Assembly: GCF_030144855.1 (NCBI RefSeq)
Contig: NC_082729.1
Location: 35,402,001 to 35,466,000, forward strand
DNA length: 64,000 nt
Direction: 5' to 3'
Source of the DNA: Hypanus sabinus
Taxonomy: Eukaryota
Shown: piece by piece, positions 50,101-64,000 of the stretch
Position numbering within the stretch: position 1 is the first letter of the stretch
How the letters are laid out: each line of letters begins with the position of its first letter
Position numbers and translations under genes: made by a program
The notes under the pieces: model-generated
What the model saw: only the letters and a program-made list of their open reading frames with translations
What the model was told of the DNA's origin: nothing
Database searches by the model: none

Positions 50101-50479
50101 AAATACAGATTGGCTGCAGGTTGCCGCAGATTCCAGTCAAACAATCCCGGAAATTTGGCACGGGTTAGGCTGGATCTCCAAGTACGGGCCAGGCTCCTGT
50201 CCCCATCCAATCCCCGGGGTCTGCAACATCTGGAGAGCCCTGGAACAACAGAGAAACCCCTCCCCCACCCCATACAACTCTCAAACCCAACTTCCTTGGC
50301 ATCACCAACATCTAGGAATTTACGATATTTTTAGTCTGTTGCAGATTACATCTCTGGCATTGAAGATCAGTGATCCAGAACTATACAAGAAGTCCAGATG
50401 TGAACTATGAAAGGCTATCTTAAGGGCCTTAAAAACAATTCCGAATGAGGTCAGAGACTGAATCGGTTGCATATTAGCT

Positions 50480-53400
50480 CTGGCAAGGTTTGCAAGCCAC
50501 CCCTTCCTACAAAGAAAAACTTAATATGACGAACGGCAGGGATGCTTCACTCCCCAGTGGAGCTCGACGCCTTTTATGCACACTTAGAAAGAGAGAATTA
50601 AACTAAACCTGTGCAGCATCCAGTGTGATCCCTATCTCGGCAGCTGACGTCAGAACATCTTTCAAGGTGTCACACCTTGTAGAGTTCCCGGTAAGGCACA
50701 GAAAACCAATCCCAGCCAGCGGGCGGGAATGTTCAGGGATATTTATAATTTCTCAGTGCCACAGTCAGAGCTTCCCACCAGCTTCAAAAGGGTGACCATC
50801 TCCCCAGTGCCCAAGAAGAGTAGGGTGAGCTGTTTCTTTCTTTCTTTTGCAATTTTTTAAATTATAGTTATTAATATCAACAAAATAAAATTAAAATTAA
50901 TACAAAGATAATGGGATTACAAACATACACATTTTAACTAAACATGAAAGAATACATAAGCAATGATTACAGTATTCCCAAATCATGAATGATACAATAT
51001 ACAAATAAACAAAGCAAACCTAGGTATATCATAGTACATATTAAAAAAAACAGAAAAAAGAAAAAGAAAAAAAATTATGCAAAAGAAAACTAATCTAATA
51101 ATCTAATAACTAATAAAAAAAAAAGAAAAAAGAAAAAATGGGGAAAAAGGGCTGTTTATAATATCTCACAAAAATACAAAACCATCAGTGTCGTCAACTC
51201 CGATCCTCTCAACCTATGTAAAATCAAAACTGAAAAAACAAATAGGCTTGGAATGATCACATTACATCATATGAAAATATTGAATAAATGGTCTCCATAT
51301 CTTTTCAAATTTAATAGAAGTATCAAGTACAACACTTCTAATTTTTTTCTAAATTTAGACATACCATAGTTTGAGAAAACCAATGAAATACGGTAGGAGG
51401 ATTAATTTCTTTCCAATTCAACAAAATAGATCTTCTAGCCATTAATGTAAGAAATGCAATCATTTGACAAGCAGAAGAAGATAAATGGAGTGAATCCATC
51501 ATTGGTAAACCAAAAAGTGCAATAATAGGATGTGGTTGTAAATCAATTTTCAATACCGCAGAAATAATATCAAAAATATCTTTCCAATATTTTTTCAAAA
51601 GCGGACAGGACCAGAACATATGAGTTAAAGATGCTATCTCAGAATGACATCTTTCATAAATAGGATTTATATAGGAATAAAAATGAGCCAATTTATCCTT
51701 GGACATATGAGCCCTGTGCACAACTTTAAACTGTATTAATGAACGTTTAGCACATATAGATGATGTATTAACTAATTAAAGAATTTTATCCCAATTCTCA
51801 ATAGGGATAGTAAAGTTAAGTTCTCTTTCCCAATCATTTTTAGTCTTATAAAAGGGCTCTGAACATATCTTCATAATTATATTGTAAAGTTTTGATATTA
51901 GCCCTTTCTGAAAAGGATTTAGTTCAAACAAATTCTCCAAAATACCTGAAGACACAAAATTTAGAAAAGTAGGAAATACAGTATTTAAGAAATTCCTAAT
52001 CTGTAAATATCTAAAAAAATGAAATCTAGGCAAATTATATTTATTAGATAATTGCTCAAAAGACATAAAACAATTATCCAAAAATAAATCGGAAAATCAT
52101 AGTAATCCTTTAGTCTTCCAAGCTGAATAAGCTTGGTCTATAATAGAAGGATTAAAAAAGCAATGGGATACAATAGGGATATTTAAAACAAACTGAGTCA
52201 ACCCAAAAAATTTCCGAAATTGAAACCATATACGTAAAGTATGTTTAACTATCGGGTTATCAATTCGTTTCGGCAATTTAGAAAGAGCAAAGGGAAGAGA
52301 AGTCCCTAAAATAGAACCCAATGCAAATCCTTGTACAGATTTAATTTCCAGGTTCACCCAATGAGGGCTAAAAGATAAATCCCAATCCTTTAACCAACAT
52401 ATCAAATATCAGCTATTAACTGCCCAATAATAAAATATAAAATTAGGCAATGCCAATCCACCTTCCTTCCTTGCCTTCTGTAAATAAATTTTACCTAACC
52501 TAGGATTTTTATTCTGCCATATATATATGAGGAAATTTTTGAATCAACATTAGCAAAGAAAAATTTTGGAATAAAAATAAGTACAGCTATATATATATAC
52601 TACTATATATAAAAACTTGGGTAAAATAACCATCTTAACAGCATTAATCCAACCTATCAGAGATAAAGATAGTGGTGACCACTTAGTAAACAAACATTTA
52701 ATCTGATCGATTAAGGGTAAAAAATTAACTTTAAATAAGTCTTTATGGTTTTTTGTGATTTTAATCCCTAAATAAATAAAAGAGTCATTAACTAATTTAG
52801 AAGGTAAATTTCCATAAATTGGAACCTGTCTATTTAAAGGAAACAATTCACTCTTATTAAGATTTAATTTATACCTGGAAAAATCACTAAATTGAGCCAA
52901 CAATGATAAAACTGCAGGAATAGATTTCTCAGGATCAGAAATAAATAATAATGAATCATCTGCATATAATGATAACTTACTATTCTGTCCCATGATTAAA
53001 GCCAAAAATGTTCTGTGATTCTCTGAAAGCAATTGCCAAGGGTTCTAAAGCAATATCAAATAATAACGGACTAAGAGGACAGCCTTGTCTAGTACCTCGA
53101 AGTAAATAAAAAAAGGGAGATCTTTGATTGTTAGTAAACACCGAGGCTACTGGAGTATGATATATCAGTTTAATCCAGGAAATGAATGTCGGACTAAAAT
53201 TAAGCTTCTCAAGCACAGTAAGTAAGTATGGCCATTCAAATCTATCAAATGCTTTCTCCACATCTAATGAAATGACACATTCTGAAATGCTATGTGAAGG
53301 AGTATAAACAATATTCAATAATCTCCTAACATTGAAAAAAGAATAGCGATTTTTAATAAAACCGGTTTGATCTTCCGAAATAATTTGGGGTAATACCTTC

Positions 53401-56400
53401 TCCAGCCTGGATGCCAGTAACTTGGAAAAGATCTTGAAATCTACATTCAATGAAGATATTGGTCTATAGGATGCACAGTCAGTAGGGTCTTTATCTTTCT
53501 TCAATATTAAAGAAATGGAAGCTCTATAAAAAGATTGTGCAGATTACCCAATCTAATTGCTTCTTCAAAAACCCTGCATAACCAAGGAGAAAGAGTAGTG
53601 GAAAAACATTTAAAAAATTCTACTGTATACCCATCTGGACCTGGTGCTTTCCCAGAATTCATAGAGGAAATAACCCCTTTAATTTCTGCATCCGTAATAG
53701 GAGTTTCTAATATTGAAAGATCATCTGATGATAATTTTGGAAAATTCAATTTTTGCAAGAAAATCACAAATGGTATTATGATCATGAGGGAATTCGGAAT
53801 GATACAGGGAGGTATAAAAATCTTGAAATGATTTATTTATCTCATCATGGTTAACTGTCAGATCCCCATTCTGCTGACGGATCTTAGTAATTTGACGTTT
53901 AACCAAACCATTCTTCAATTGACTAGCTAACAGTTTACCCGATTTATCACTATGTATATAAAAATCAGATCTGGTTTTCATTAATTGATTTTCAATCGAA
54001 GATGTAAGTAATAAACCATGTTCCATTTGAAGTTCAACCCTTTGTTTGTAAAGCTCCTTACTAGGAGCAATCGAATATTTCTTGTCAATCTCTTTAATTT
54101 TTTCAACCAACAAAAGAGTTTCCTTCTTGATGCATTTTCTCAGACCAACAGAGTAGGAGATAATCTGTCCATGTATATATGCTTTAAAGGTGTCCCAAAG
54201 TGTTCTGCAAGAAATATCATCCGTGGAATTAGTTAAAAAGAAGAAATCGATCTGTTCCTTCATAAATGTAATAAAATCTAGATCTTGCAGTAAAGTAGAA
54301 TCAAATCGCCATTGTCTAGCACTAGAAGCTGTATCTGTAAATTTAATAGAAAGTTTTAATGGAGCATGGTCAGAGATGGCTATAATATCATAATTACAAC
54401 CAATTACCGATGGAATAAAACAAGAGTCAATAAAAAAATAATCAATTCTCGAGTAGGAATGATAAACATGTGAGAAAAATGAAAACTCTTTGTCCTTAGA
54501 ATGCCAAAATCTCCAAATATCAAAAATTTCATTATCAGTCAAAAAAGAGTTAATACAAGTGGCTGACTTATTAGGTAAAGTCTGAGTAGATATAGATCTG
54601 TCCATCAAAGGATTTAAACAACAATTAAAGTCACCACCCATTATTAACTTATATTCATTTAGATTAGGTAGAGAAGTAAATAAGGACTTTAAAAAATTGG
54701 GACAATCCACATTTGGAGCATAAACATTAACCATAGCAACCTTTTTGTTAAAAAGTAAGCCAGTAATTAACAAAAATCTACCATTCGGATCCGAAAAGAT
54801 ATCACGTTGGACAAATGCAATAGAGGAGTCAATAAAAATTGAAACTCCCTTTACTTTGGCATTCGAATTCGAATGATACTGTTGATCCCAGCAAAACCTA
54901 AAAAAGCGATAATTATCCTCTTTCCTCACATGAGTTTCTTGTACAAAAATAATATGAGCATTAAGTCTTTGGAATACTTTGAAAATCTTTTTCCATTTAA
55001 TTGGATGGTTTAAGCCATTAGTATTCCAAGAGACAAAATTAATGGTCTGAGCCATAGTTCTGAAATCAACCCTTTGGCATATAAAGGGTTAACCCACTTA
55101 TAAACTCATGCACCTGGAAGAGGAACAAAAATAAGTGGAGGACCCAGAAGTGATGACATCGCAGACATTTCTGTGGTTTAAAATCAGCCCAAACAAAAAA
55201 AAACAAAAAAAAACTGATAAAAGAAATATAAGAATTAGAAAAGGACCTCCCACCCCCCACCCAAGAGGAAAAAACAAGACTATCCCAGCAAGGGATAGGC
55301 TGGGAAAAAGAAAAGATGAAACTAAATCTACCCCCATATCAGCAGAAGACAACTCCGTATATAAAGGATAAAAAAAAGATCCACCCAAACTCTAAAGAAA
55401 TAATAATCACTATACAAAAACCAAACCACTTCATATAATTGGTAGTAAAAAACGACAAAAAGAGTATAATCACTAGTAACTTATAAATCGGGTTAAAACC
55501 CAAACAAACTAAAAAAATTTAAACTATGATAAGAGATGCATTATAGGAAGAAGACGAGAGAAAATAAAATGGCAAAATCAAAAAAAAGCCAAAAATATTT
55601 TAGATAAGAAACCGCCTTCTTAGTAAAAAAAATCACCTTCGAAGGATTAATAATAATGACCAAAGATAAAGTACAGTGGTTGAATTAAGTCAAATAAAAA
55701 GATTAGCATGTCGAGAAAAAAAAACTTTAACTAGAGTATAAAATATAGAGTAAACCTACACCAATAACCAGAAACAAAATCTGGTTGGAAATAAAAACCA
55801 TCTTGCTTGATCAAAATCACTCATTTATTTGGAATGAGTGTCAGTAGCAGTGGGAAGTTCTCATCCAGAAAGCTTCTCGCATCAGATGTAGAAAGGAAAA
55901 CTCGCCTTGGTGCATTCGGAGGCGATATTCTGAACTTCGCAGGGTATAAGAGCGCAGGTTTTAGATTTTTCTCATAACATTCAGACATCAGAGGTTTAAA
56001 AAGAAACCTTGCCTTCATTACTTATGGACTAAAGTTTTCTACTAAACGAAAATTTTGATCTTGAAATTTGACCATCCCTACACGCCGAGCCACACGAATA
56101 AGTTGCTCTTTAACATGCACATAGTGAAATCGTACAATTACAACCGGTGGTTTAGCTGAAGCACTCAGTGATCGACGCATAATTCTGTGAGCGCGATCGA
56201 GTAATGGAGGACTGTCTGGGAATACAGAAGGGAACACATCCTTTAAAAGTTGAGCAAAGTACTTCGAGGGGTCCCCTTGTTCAATACCTTCCGGGAGACC
56301 AATTATGCGTAGGTTCTGTCTTCTAGACCGATTCTCAAAGTCGACACTCTTGGCTTTAAGTGTTTCCACCTGTTTAACCGTCAAAAATAAGTTCTGCTCC

Positions 56401-58075
56401 AATTTTTCAATTATCAAATCTCGCTTCTGAGCGTCTTCTTGCAGAGTTGCGATTAGAACTTGCTGCTGGTTAACTACTGAATCAGTCTTATCCATATAAT
56501 CCTGAAAAGCCTTTATATCTTGTTTAAAAATTTGTCGTTGTTCTTCAAATTTTTGATTTAAAACCTCCAATAACATTTCATAAGTCAATTCAGTGCCCTT
56601 AGGATCGGTCGTCTTTTTCTTCCCGTTATCGTTAGGGTCCTTCCCGTATTCTCGCCCTTTAGATCTAAGAGCCATTTCTGTATTCCTTTCTTCAAAAATT
56701 CACAATAAACTCTTAAAGATAAGTCCAAAAAAGTAGCAAGAATCTTTTGGTGTAGGTAAAAATAAGTTAAATAAGGGTGATCATAGGTTAAAAAAAGTAA
56801 AGGTTATGGAGCAAATCTGAAACAGTGCTCACTCCATGAGCGTCTCCTGCTGACCCCCGGGTGAGCTGTTTCAATGACTATTGCCCGGCAGCACTCACGC
56901 CTACAGGGATGAAGTCCTTTGAGAGTTTGGTCATATCTAGGATCAACTCCTGCCTCAGCAAGGGCCTGTACCCATTGCAACTTGCCTATTGCCACAATAA
57001 GTCTTCAGCAGATGCAATCTCACTGGCTCTCCACTTGGCCTTAGATCACCTGGACAATAGTAATACTTACGTCACGCTGCTATTTCTTTGACTGCAGCTC
57101 AGCGTTCAAAACCATTGTACCCTCACTATTAACCAACAAGCTCCAAAACCTGGGCCTCCGTACCTCCCTCTTCCTCACTGGGACAGCACAGTCTTTGCGG
57201 ATTTGAAATAACATCTCCACTTCACTGGCGATCAGCACTGGGGAACCTCAGGGATGTGTGCTCAGCCCACTGCTCTACTCTCTCTACAGCATGGCGAGGC
57301 ACAGCTCAAATGCCATCTGTAAATTTGCCGACAACACCACTAGTGCTGGCAGAGTATAACTTAGTGGCGAGGAGACGTACAGGAGTGAGGTAGATCAGCT
57401 GGTTGAGTGGTGTCCTCGCAGCTTCTTGCTCACAGTGTCAGTAAGAGCAAGGAATTGATTGTGGAGTTTTAGGAAGGGTAAGTCAAAGGAGCACACACCA
57501 ATTCTCATCGAGGGATCAGAGGTGGTAAGGGTGAGCAGTTTCAAGTTCCTGGGTGTCAACATCTCTGAAGATCCATCCTGGGCCCAGTAGACAATTACAG
57601 AGAAAGCACAACAGTGGCTATATTTCATTCAGAGTTTCAGGAGGTCTGGTACGTCACCAAAGACACTCGTAAATGCCTACATTGGTACCGTGGAGAGCAT
57701 GCATCACCGTCTGGCATGGAGCTGGAAAAACTCCACCAACTCCATCATGGGCACAAGCCTCTCTGGCCTTCCGGCACCCAGGACAGCTTCTAAAGGTGGC
57801 GCCTCTACAAGTGGGCATCCATCACGCCCTGAACATGCCCTCTTCTCACTGCTGCCATCAGGGAGCCTGAAGGCACCCACTCAATGGTTCAGAAACAGCT
57901 CCTTCCCCTACGAACGGACGCTGTATGCATAAACACTACCTCGGTATTTTCCCCTCACTTTTTGCACTACGTGTTTATTTTTTATGTGTACTTATTGTAA
58001 TTTATAGATTTTAATACTGGGTATTGCACTGTACTGCTGCTGCATAACAGATTTTCACAACATATGCTGGTGATA
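50480..58075 (+). mobile_element. Degenerate Rex1/Babar-type LINE that hosts the L1 insertion
   Basis: PVPKKSRVSCF|NDYCPAALT reads continuously across the L1 TSD; RT remnants continue through 56860-57900. Confidence 0.75.
50837..56858 (-). mobile_element. Near full-length L1-clade LINE (~6.0 kb), frameshifted
   Basis: ORF1 56022-56675 plus 55821-56018 (ENRSRRQNLRIIGLPEG). ORF2 APE 53721-55055, then RT fragments 52550-53785 (GTRQGCPLSPLLF, LSLYADD). A-rich tail and 14-bp TSD GGGTGAGCTGTTTC at 50823-50836 and 56859-56872. Confidence 0.95.
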
Positions 58076-58429
58076 TTAACCCTGATTCTGATTTGGATTC
58101 TCGTCACCGGGGGAAAAGCCCCCGACACCAAACGGCACCTCGATGTTACCCGAGCCTGTGGGCTGCTCTCATTTCAGGGATGCGCTGGCCCCAGGCACAA
58201 CAACAAAATTATTTTGGGCTCGGGTTATTTCGGGCTGTTTGTTCGCGGCTTGGCCAAGATCCAAGTGATTAGTGAAACCTTGTAACTTGACTCCACCCAG
58301 TGTTGGGCTCGGCAATGAAAGGGAAATTCAGAATGTCTAACCAGTTCAGAATCAGGATTACTATCACTGATATGCAGTATGATATGAAATTTCCTGTTAT
58401 ATATTTATCTGTATGTGTGTGCGTATCTG

Positions 58430-58870
58430 AGTTTCTAAATTCTTTTGTTTGTTTACATGCGAAAGTGGGCGCACCCGGGGCAACGGCTTTGACAGGCCGG
58501 CTGAACCAGGTGAGGGTAGCCAACAGTCTGAAACCCTTGGTGAGATGGGAATTTGCTCATCCCAGCATGCGAAGACTGCTTCGGCGGATCAGGCGGAGGA
58601 AGCGCCGGGGGTTCAACGGCTGAGAAGGCGTGGCAGCAGCGCATTGCGGAGTGCGCAGGGCGCGGCAGAGCGCTGAAGAAGACGCGGCCATCCAGTAGAG
58701 CCGAGGAGGTTGCCAGACGTAACGATTCTTTTTGGCACTGGATCCCGACGTCTGAGGCTGGGAGAGTGGGATCGTCTCTGTGCAAGGCCGTTCCACTTTC
58801 GCGTCTTTCGCGCACTGTGCAGAAGGTCGGCTGGTGGCGCAGTGGGGTCAGCGTCGGGCTCGGTCATCAG
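58430..58870. promoter_or_regulatory. CpG-island-like patch with two splice-donor-like sites (CAG|gtgagg ~58510, TTG|gtgaga ~58540)
   Basis: Dense CpG and GC-rich; no recognisable protein in any frame. Confidence 0.35.
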
Positions 58871-59579
58871 TCTCTTGAACCAAAGGGGACAACTTCAGTC
58901 ACCCCATCTCCAAAATGTTCCCACAACCCAATATTTATTGCTTGTTTGGTTATTATTATTACTTCTGCGTTTAATATTTGCACTGCCCCTTGAGCTTTGC
59001 CTATCGGCCGTATGTCTGCCCTGTTGGGTGCGGTCTTCTGTTGATTCTATTTTGGTTCTCAGATTGACTGGGTATGCCTGCAAGAAAAGGAATCTCAGAA
59101 TTTTGTACGGGGACATCTATGTAATTTAGCAATAAATTTGCTTCGCACTTTTTTTATATATAAGACATGGGAGCAAAATTTGGCCCATCAAATCTGTTCC
59201 ACCTTTCAATCGTGGCTAATTACTTTGACCTTGCAACCCCATTCTCCTTCAGTTTAGTTCGGTTCAGAGTCGCGCCGTTATTTTAAATTATTAATATTTT
59301 GAAGAATTATTTATGTTCTTTATCTTCTGTGTTTTTTGTGCTGCGTCAGATCTGGACTAACAGTAATTTCCACAAGACCATAAGACACAGAAACAGAATT
59401 AGGCCATTCAGCCCATCAAGTCTGCTCTGCCATTCCATCCCGGATCCCACTCAACACCATACCCCTGCCCTCTCACCATATCCTTTGATGCCCTGACCGA
59501 TTAGGAAACGATCAACTTCTGCCTTCTTAAGACCATAAGGCATTGGAGCAGAATTAGGCCATTCAGCCCATCAACTGAT

Positions 59580-60440
59580 TTCCTCTCATTCAGAAACAAA
59601 GAAAACCTACAACACTATACAGGCCCTTCGGCCCACAAAGCTGTGCCAAACATGTCCTTACCTTAGAACCACCTAGGCTTACCCATAGCCCTCTGTTTTT
59701 CTAAGCTCCATGTAGCCATCCAGGAGTCTCTTAACAAACCTATTTGTTTCCACCTCCACCACTAGCAGCCCATTCCACGCACTCACCACTCTCTGTATTA
59801 AAAAAACTTACCCTTGACATCTGCTCTGTACCTACTTCCAAGCACCTTAAACCTGTGCCCTCTCGTGCTAGCCATTTCAGCCCTGGGGAAAAAAGCCCCC
59901 GACTATCCACACGATCAATGCCTCTCATTATCTTGGACACCTCTGTCAGGTCACCTCTCATCCTCTGTCACTCCAAGGAGAAAAGGCCGAGTTCACTCAA
60001 CCTATTCTCATAAGGCATGCTCCCCAATGCAACATCCTTGTAAATCTCCTCTGCGCCCTTTCTATGATTTCCACAGCCTTCCTGTAGTGAGGCGACCAGA
60101 ACTGAACACAGTACACCAAGTGGGGTCTGACCAGGGTCCTGTATAACTGCAACATTACCTCTCGGCTCTTGAACTCAATCCCATGATTGATGAAGGCCAA
60201 TGCTCCATTTGCCTTTTTAACCACAAAGTCAACCTGTGTAGCAGCTTTGAGCATCCTATGGATTCGAACCCCAAGATCCCTCTGATCCTCCACACTGCCA
60301 AGGGTCCTACCATAAGTACTATATTCTGGTATACTTGACCTACCAAACTGAACCACCTCACACTTATCTGGGTTGAACTCCGTCTGCCACTTCTCAGCCC
60401 AGTTTTGCATCCTATCAATGTCCCGCTGTGGCCTCTGCAA
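59580..60440 (-). mobile_element. CR1 LINE 3' fragment. Many further short CR1 pieces occur throughout, e.g. 14186-14470, 18120-18600, 23500-24000, 45920-46240, 48470-48780
   Basis: NWAEKWQTEFNPDKCEV..LVRPHLVYCVQFWSPHYRK in ORF 59997-60446. Confidence 0.85.
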
Positions 60441-60949
60441 TGGCATTCAGCAAATCGTGAACCTTGAAGATCGGGGAGACGAACAGGATGAGCTCAGTTG
60501 AGTTACTCGCGGTCGACGTGCATGTGACGGGCCCAAGGTTCTGTTCCCCTAGCCATGACTCCTTGACCCCTCAGTCTCCCTCACTGCAGGGAAAGTAGCC
60601 TATCCAATCTCGCCTCATAAATTAATCCCTCCAGTCCTCATGAATCTAAGCTGTCCTTCTCAATCGAATCACCCATGAGAGAAAGTTTCAGTGGCCCCAG
60701 CCGGTGACCAGTCCCTCCCTGACATCCTTCTCCCCAGATCACTTGCCGTGTCTGCATCAGTATTCCTCAGCATGTACACCTTTGCTCTGTGGACATGAGA
60801 ACATAAATATAGACCATTAGAGCACAGTGAAGGCCCTTCAGCCCACAATGTTGTGCTGACCCATTAACCTACTCTAAGATCAATCTAACACATAGCCCTC
60901 TATTATCCTATCAACCATGTGTCTACCTAAATGTTTCTTAAATGCCCCT

Positions 60950-61672
60950 CAGGACAAAAAATAAATAGATTAAACCCAAATTTATCTGACCAATGTTTCC
61001 AATGTAATCAAGAAATCGGTACTTTTTTACATTCTACTTGGTTTGTTTTAAAATTCAACCTTTTTGGATAAATCTAAGACTTCTACTGGAACAAATTATT
61101 GGAATACAACTTCCACATTGCCCAACATTATTTTTATTAGGCGATATTGAAGGGATAATACTGAAACCTAAATTGAACAAATATCAGAAAAAATTTATAA
61201 AAATTGCATTGGCAGTAGCCAAAAAAGCTATTGCAGTTACTTGGAAATCAGATTCATATTTAACTATGGACCGTTGGAATAATGAAGTATATAGCTGCAT
61301 TCCACTTGAAAAAATTACTTATAATTTAAGAAATGAATATGGTATATTTTTGAAAATTTGGCACCCCTATCTACAAAAGATAGGATTAAATATATAGGTC
61401 CTTTGAAGATAAAATTATTAGTTATTTGGGGAAAAAATAAATATATATACAAAAGTTGTTTTGAACTCCATGGAGCATGTGGGGATTCTCCGATATCCAG
61501 GCAATCCTTCTTTCTTGCTTCTTTTTTTCTTTTTTCTTTCTTTTAGACAGGGATGTTAAGGGGGGGGGAAGGGTTAAGGGGAGGGGGAGGACTAATATTA
61601 ATTATTATTACTCTATTATTCTATTCATTGTATGTAATTCTCTTAAAAATTAATAAAAAAATATATTTACAA
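60950..61672 (+). mobile_element. 5'-truncated L1 3' end inserted in a CR1 tail
   Basis: ORF 61038-61397 (IALAVAKKAIAVTWK..FLKIWHPYL), A-rich tail, TSD AAATGCCCCT at 60940-60949 and 61673-61682. Confidence 0.85.
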
Positions 61673-62299
61673 AAATGCCCCTTGGGTATTTGCCTCCACT
61701 ACTACCCCTGCCTGCCGCTGACTACTCTCTGTGTAAAATATCTACCTCTGTCATTCCTCTATACATTCCAACAATTGGCTTAAAATTATGCCGACCCCCC
61801 CCCCCTCCATATTAGCTATTTCCACCCTGGGGGTAAAAACCTCTGGCTTCTACACTGTTTACAACTCCACAAACCTTTGAGTCATCTGCAAACTTCACCA
61901 CCCAACTTTCCACTTCCCTATCCAAGTCAGTTATACAAAGCACCAAGCTCAGAACAGATCTCTGCGGTACACCACCCCCTGGTCACTGACTTCCAGGAAG
62001 AATACTTCCTTCTGTGGGCAAACCACTTTTGCTTCCTCAAAGCCTGGATCATGAACCTCCTGACTTTATGGACAATGGGGGAACTGAGTCAGTTTACAGA
62101 CGCTGGAATCTGGAGCAACACGCAAGAAGCCAAGGGGATCTCTGCGGGTCCGGCAGCAGCTATGGAGATGAACAGACAGACAGACAGACATACTTTACTG
62201 ATCCCGAGGGAAATTGGGTTTCGTTACAGCTGCACCAACCAAGAATAGTGTAGAAATATAGCAATATAAAACCACAAATAATTAAATCATAATAAATTA

Positions 62300-62810
62300 A
62301 TCATGCCAAGTGGAAATAAGTCCAGGACCAGCCTATTGGCTCAAGATGTCTGACACTCCAAGGGAGGAGTTGTAAAGTTTGATGGCCACAGGCAGGAATG
62401 ACTTCCTATGACGCTCAGTGTTGCATCTCGGTGGAATGAGTCTCTGGCTGAATGTACTCCTGTGCCTAACCAGTTCACTATGGAGTAGATGGGAGTCATT
62501 GTCCAAGATGGCATGCAACTTGGACAGCATCCTCTTTTCAGACACCACCGTCAGAGAGTCCAGTTCCACCCCCACAACATCGCTGGCCTTACGAATGAGT
62601 TTGTTGATTCTGTTGGATCTGCTACGCTCAGCCTGCTGCCCCAGCACACAACAGCAAACATGATAGCACTGGCCACCACAGCCTCGTAAAACATCCTCAG
62701 CATCGTTCGGCAGATGTTAAAGGACCTCAGTCTCCTCAGGAAATAGAGACGGCTCTGACCCTTCTTGTAGACAGTCTCAGTGTTCTTTGACCAGTCCAGT
62801 CCGGACCAGA
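62300..62810 (-). mobile_element. Rex1-like LINE 3' fragment
   Basis: LDWSKNTETVYKKGQSRLYFLRRLRSFN motif in ORF 62551-62874. Confidence 0.8.
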
Positions 62811-64000
62811 ACGAGGCAGTCCTGGTGAAGGGTCTGGGCCCAAAACGTTGATGGCCATCTCCCTCCAGAGACACTGCCCGACCTGCCGAGTTCCTCCATC
62901 TCCTGTACTTTTGAGCATGAGCATTCCCGCCGACAGCATTCCTTCACAGAAGCTTATTTTTATTTAAGGGATACAGCACAGTCAATAGCCCCTTCTGGCC
63001 ATCGAGTCCATGCCACCCAATTATACCCATGTGACCAATTACCCTACTAACCCACACGTCTTTGGAATGGGGAGGAAGCACGCGGGCAGATTCACAAACC
63101 TCTGGGGGAAAAGCGTTTCTCCTCATCTCCCTCCTAAGTCAAAACCCCAGAATGTTGGGCCGATGCTTCTTAGTTCTCATCTCACCTACAATTTTCTTGT
63201 CTCTTTTTTTGCTCCTGCCTTTCAAACATTTATACACGCAGTGGGGTACTTAAAGTGGCCACTCAGTGTATGATCTCCTGCTGCTGTAGCCCATCCATTT
63301 TAACACTCGACGTGTTGTACATTCAGAGATGCTCTTCTGCACACCACTGTTGTAACGAGTGGTTATTTGAATTGCTGTCACCTTCCTGTCAGCTTGAACC
63401 AGTCTTGCCTTTCTCCTTTGACCTCTCTCATTAATGAGATGTTTTCACCCACTGAACTGCCACTCACTGGATGCATTTTGTTTTTCACACCATTCTCTAT
63501 AAACTCTAGAGACTTGTGCGTGAAAATCCCAGGAGATCAGCAGTTTCTGAGATACTCAAACCACCCCATCTAGCACCAACAATCATTCCACGGTCAAAGT
63601 CACTTAGATCGTGTTCCTTCCCCATTCTGATGTTTGGTCTGAACAACAACTGAACCTCTTGCCCATGTCTGCATGCTTTTATTCATTGAGTTGCTGCCAC
63701 ATGATTGGCTGATTAGATATTTACATTAACAGGCAGGTGTGCCTGATAAAATGGCAACTGAGTGTAAATTAGTGAGGTGGCAGAGAATTCCACAGCTTCA
63801 CTAACATCTGTGAGAAGCAGTTCCTCCTCATCTCAGTCCTAAATCTAGTTTTAGTCACACTCACCGATGGAAAAAACTTTCTTGCCTCTGTCTTTACATA
63901 TTCCTTTCATAATCTCATCTTCGCTTACAACTTCCTTTCAGCTTCTCTCCCACTCCCTTTCGTAATTTTGTACGTTTGTACAAGATTCAAGCCTTTTACC

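Noticed and set aside
58453-59129. Overlapping 80-146 aa ORFs as a protein-coding gene
   Set aside because: ORFs on both strands of GC-rich DNA with no recognisable motif, as expected from low stop-codon frequency.

Overview
This is repeat-dense vertebrate genomic DNA. The retroelement landscape (V-domain tRNA-SINEs, CR1, Rex/Babar and L1 LINEs, a 52-bp satellite) points to a cartilaginous fish, probably a ray; that assignment is inference. Only two host genes could be supported, and they form a head-to-head MHC alpha/beta pair with ATGs 4,078 bp apart. The + strand gene (30149-35594) has leader, alpha1, alpha2, TM and cytoplasmic exons; its alpha2 Ig domain is beta2-microglobulin-like and its TM is class II-alpha-like. 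The - strand gene (26071 to 7803) has leader, beta1 and beta2 exons, with class I heavy-chain motifs (YAYDG in beta1, PxxDGTFQ in beta2). Class II-type two-chain architecture with class I-type interdomain residues is the signature of the W-category MHC (WA/WB), an ancient MHC type whose function is unresolved. No intact TM exon could be found for WB; the best candidate is interrupted by a CR1 3' fragment. The rest is mostly transposable elements: a 6-kb L1 with a 14-bp TSD, a 5'-truncated L1, a Sola2-like DNA element nested in a MITE, Gypsy and Tigger relics, Tc1 MITEs and SINEs. There are also tandem repeats, one 143-bp assembly gap and two CpG-rich patches. All alignments were done by eye and no database searches were run.
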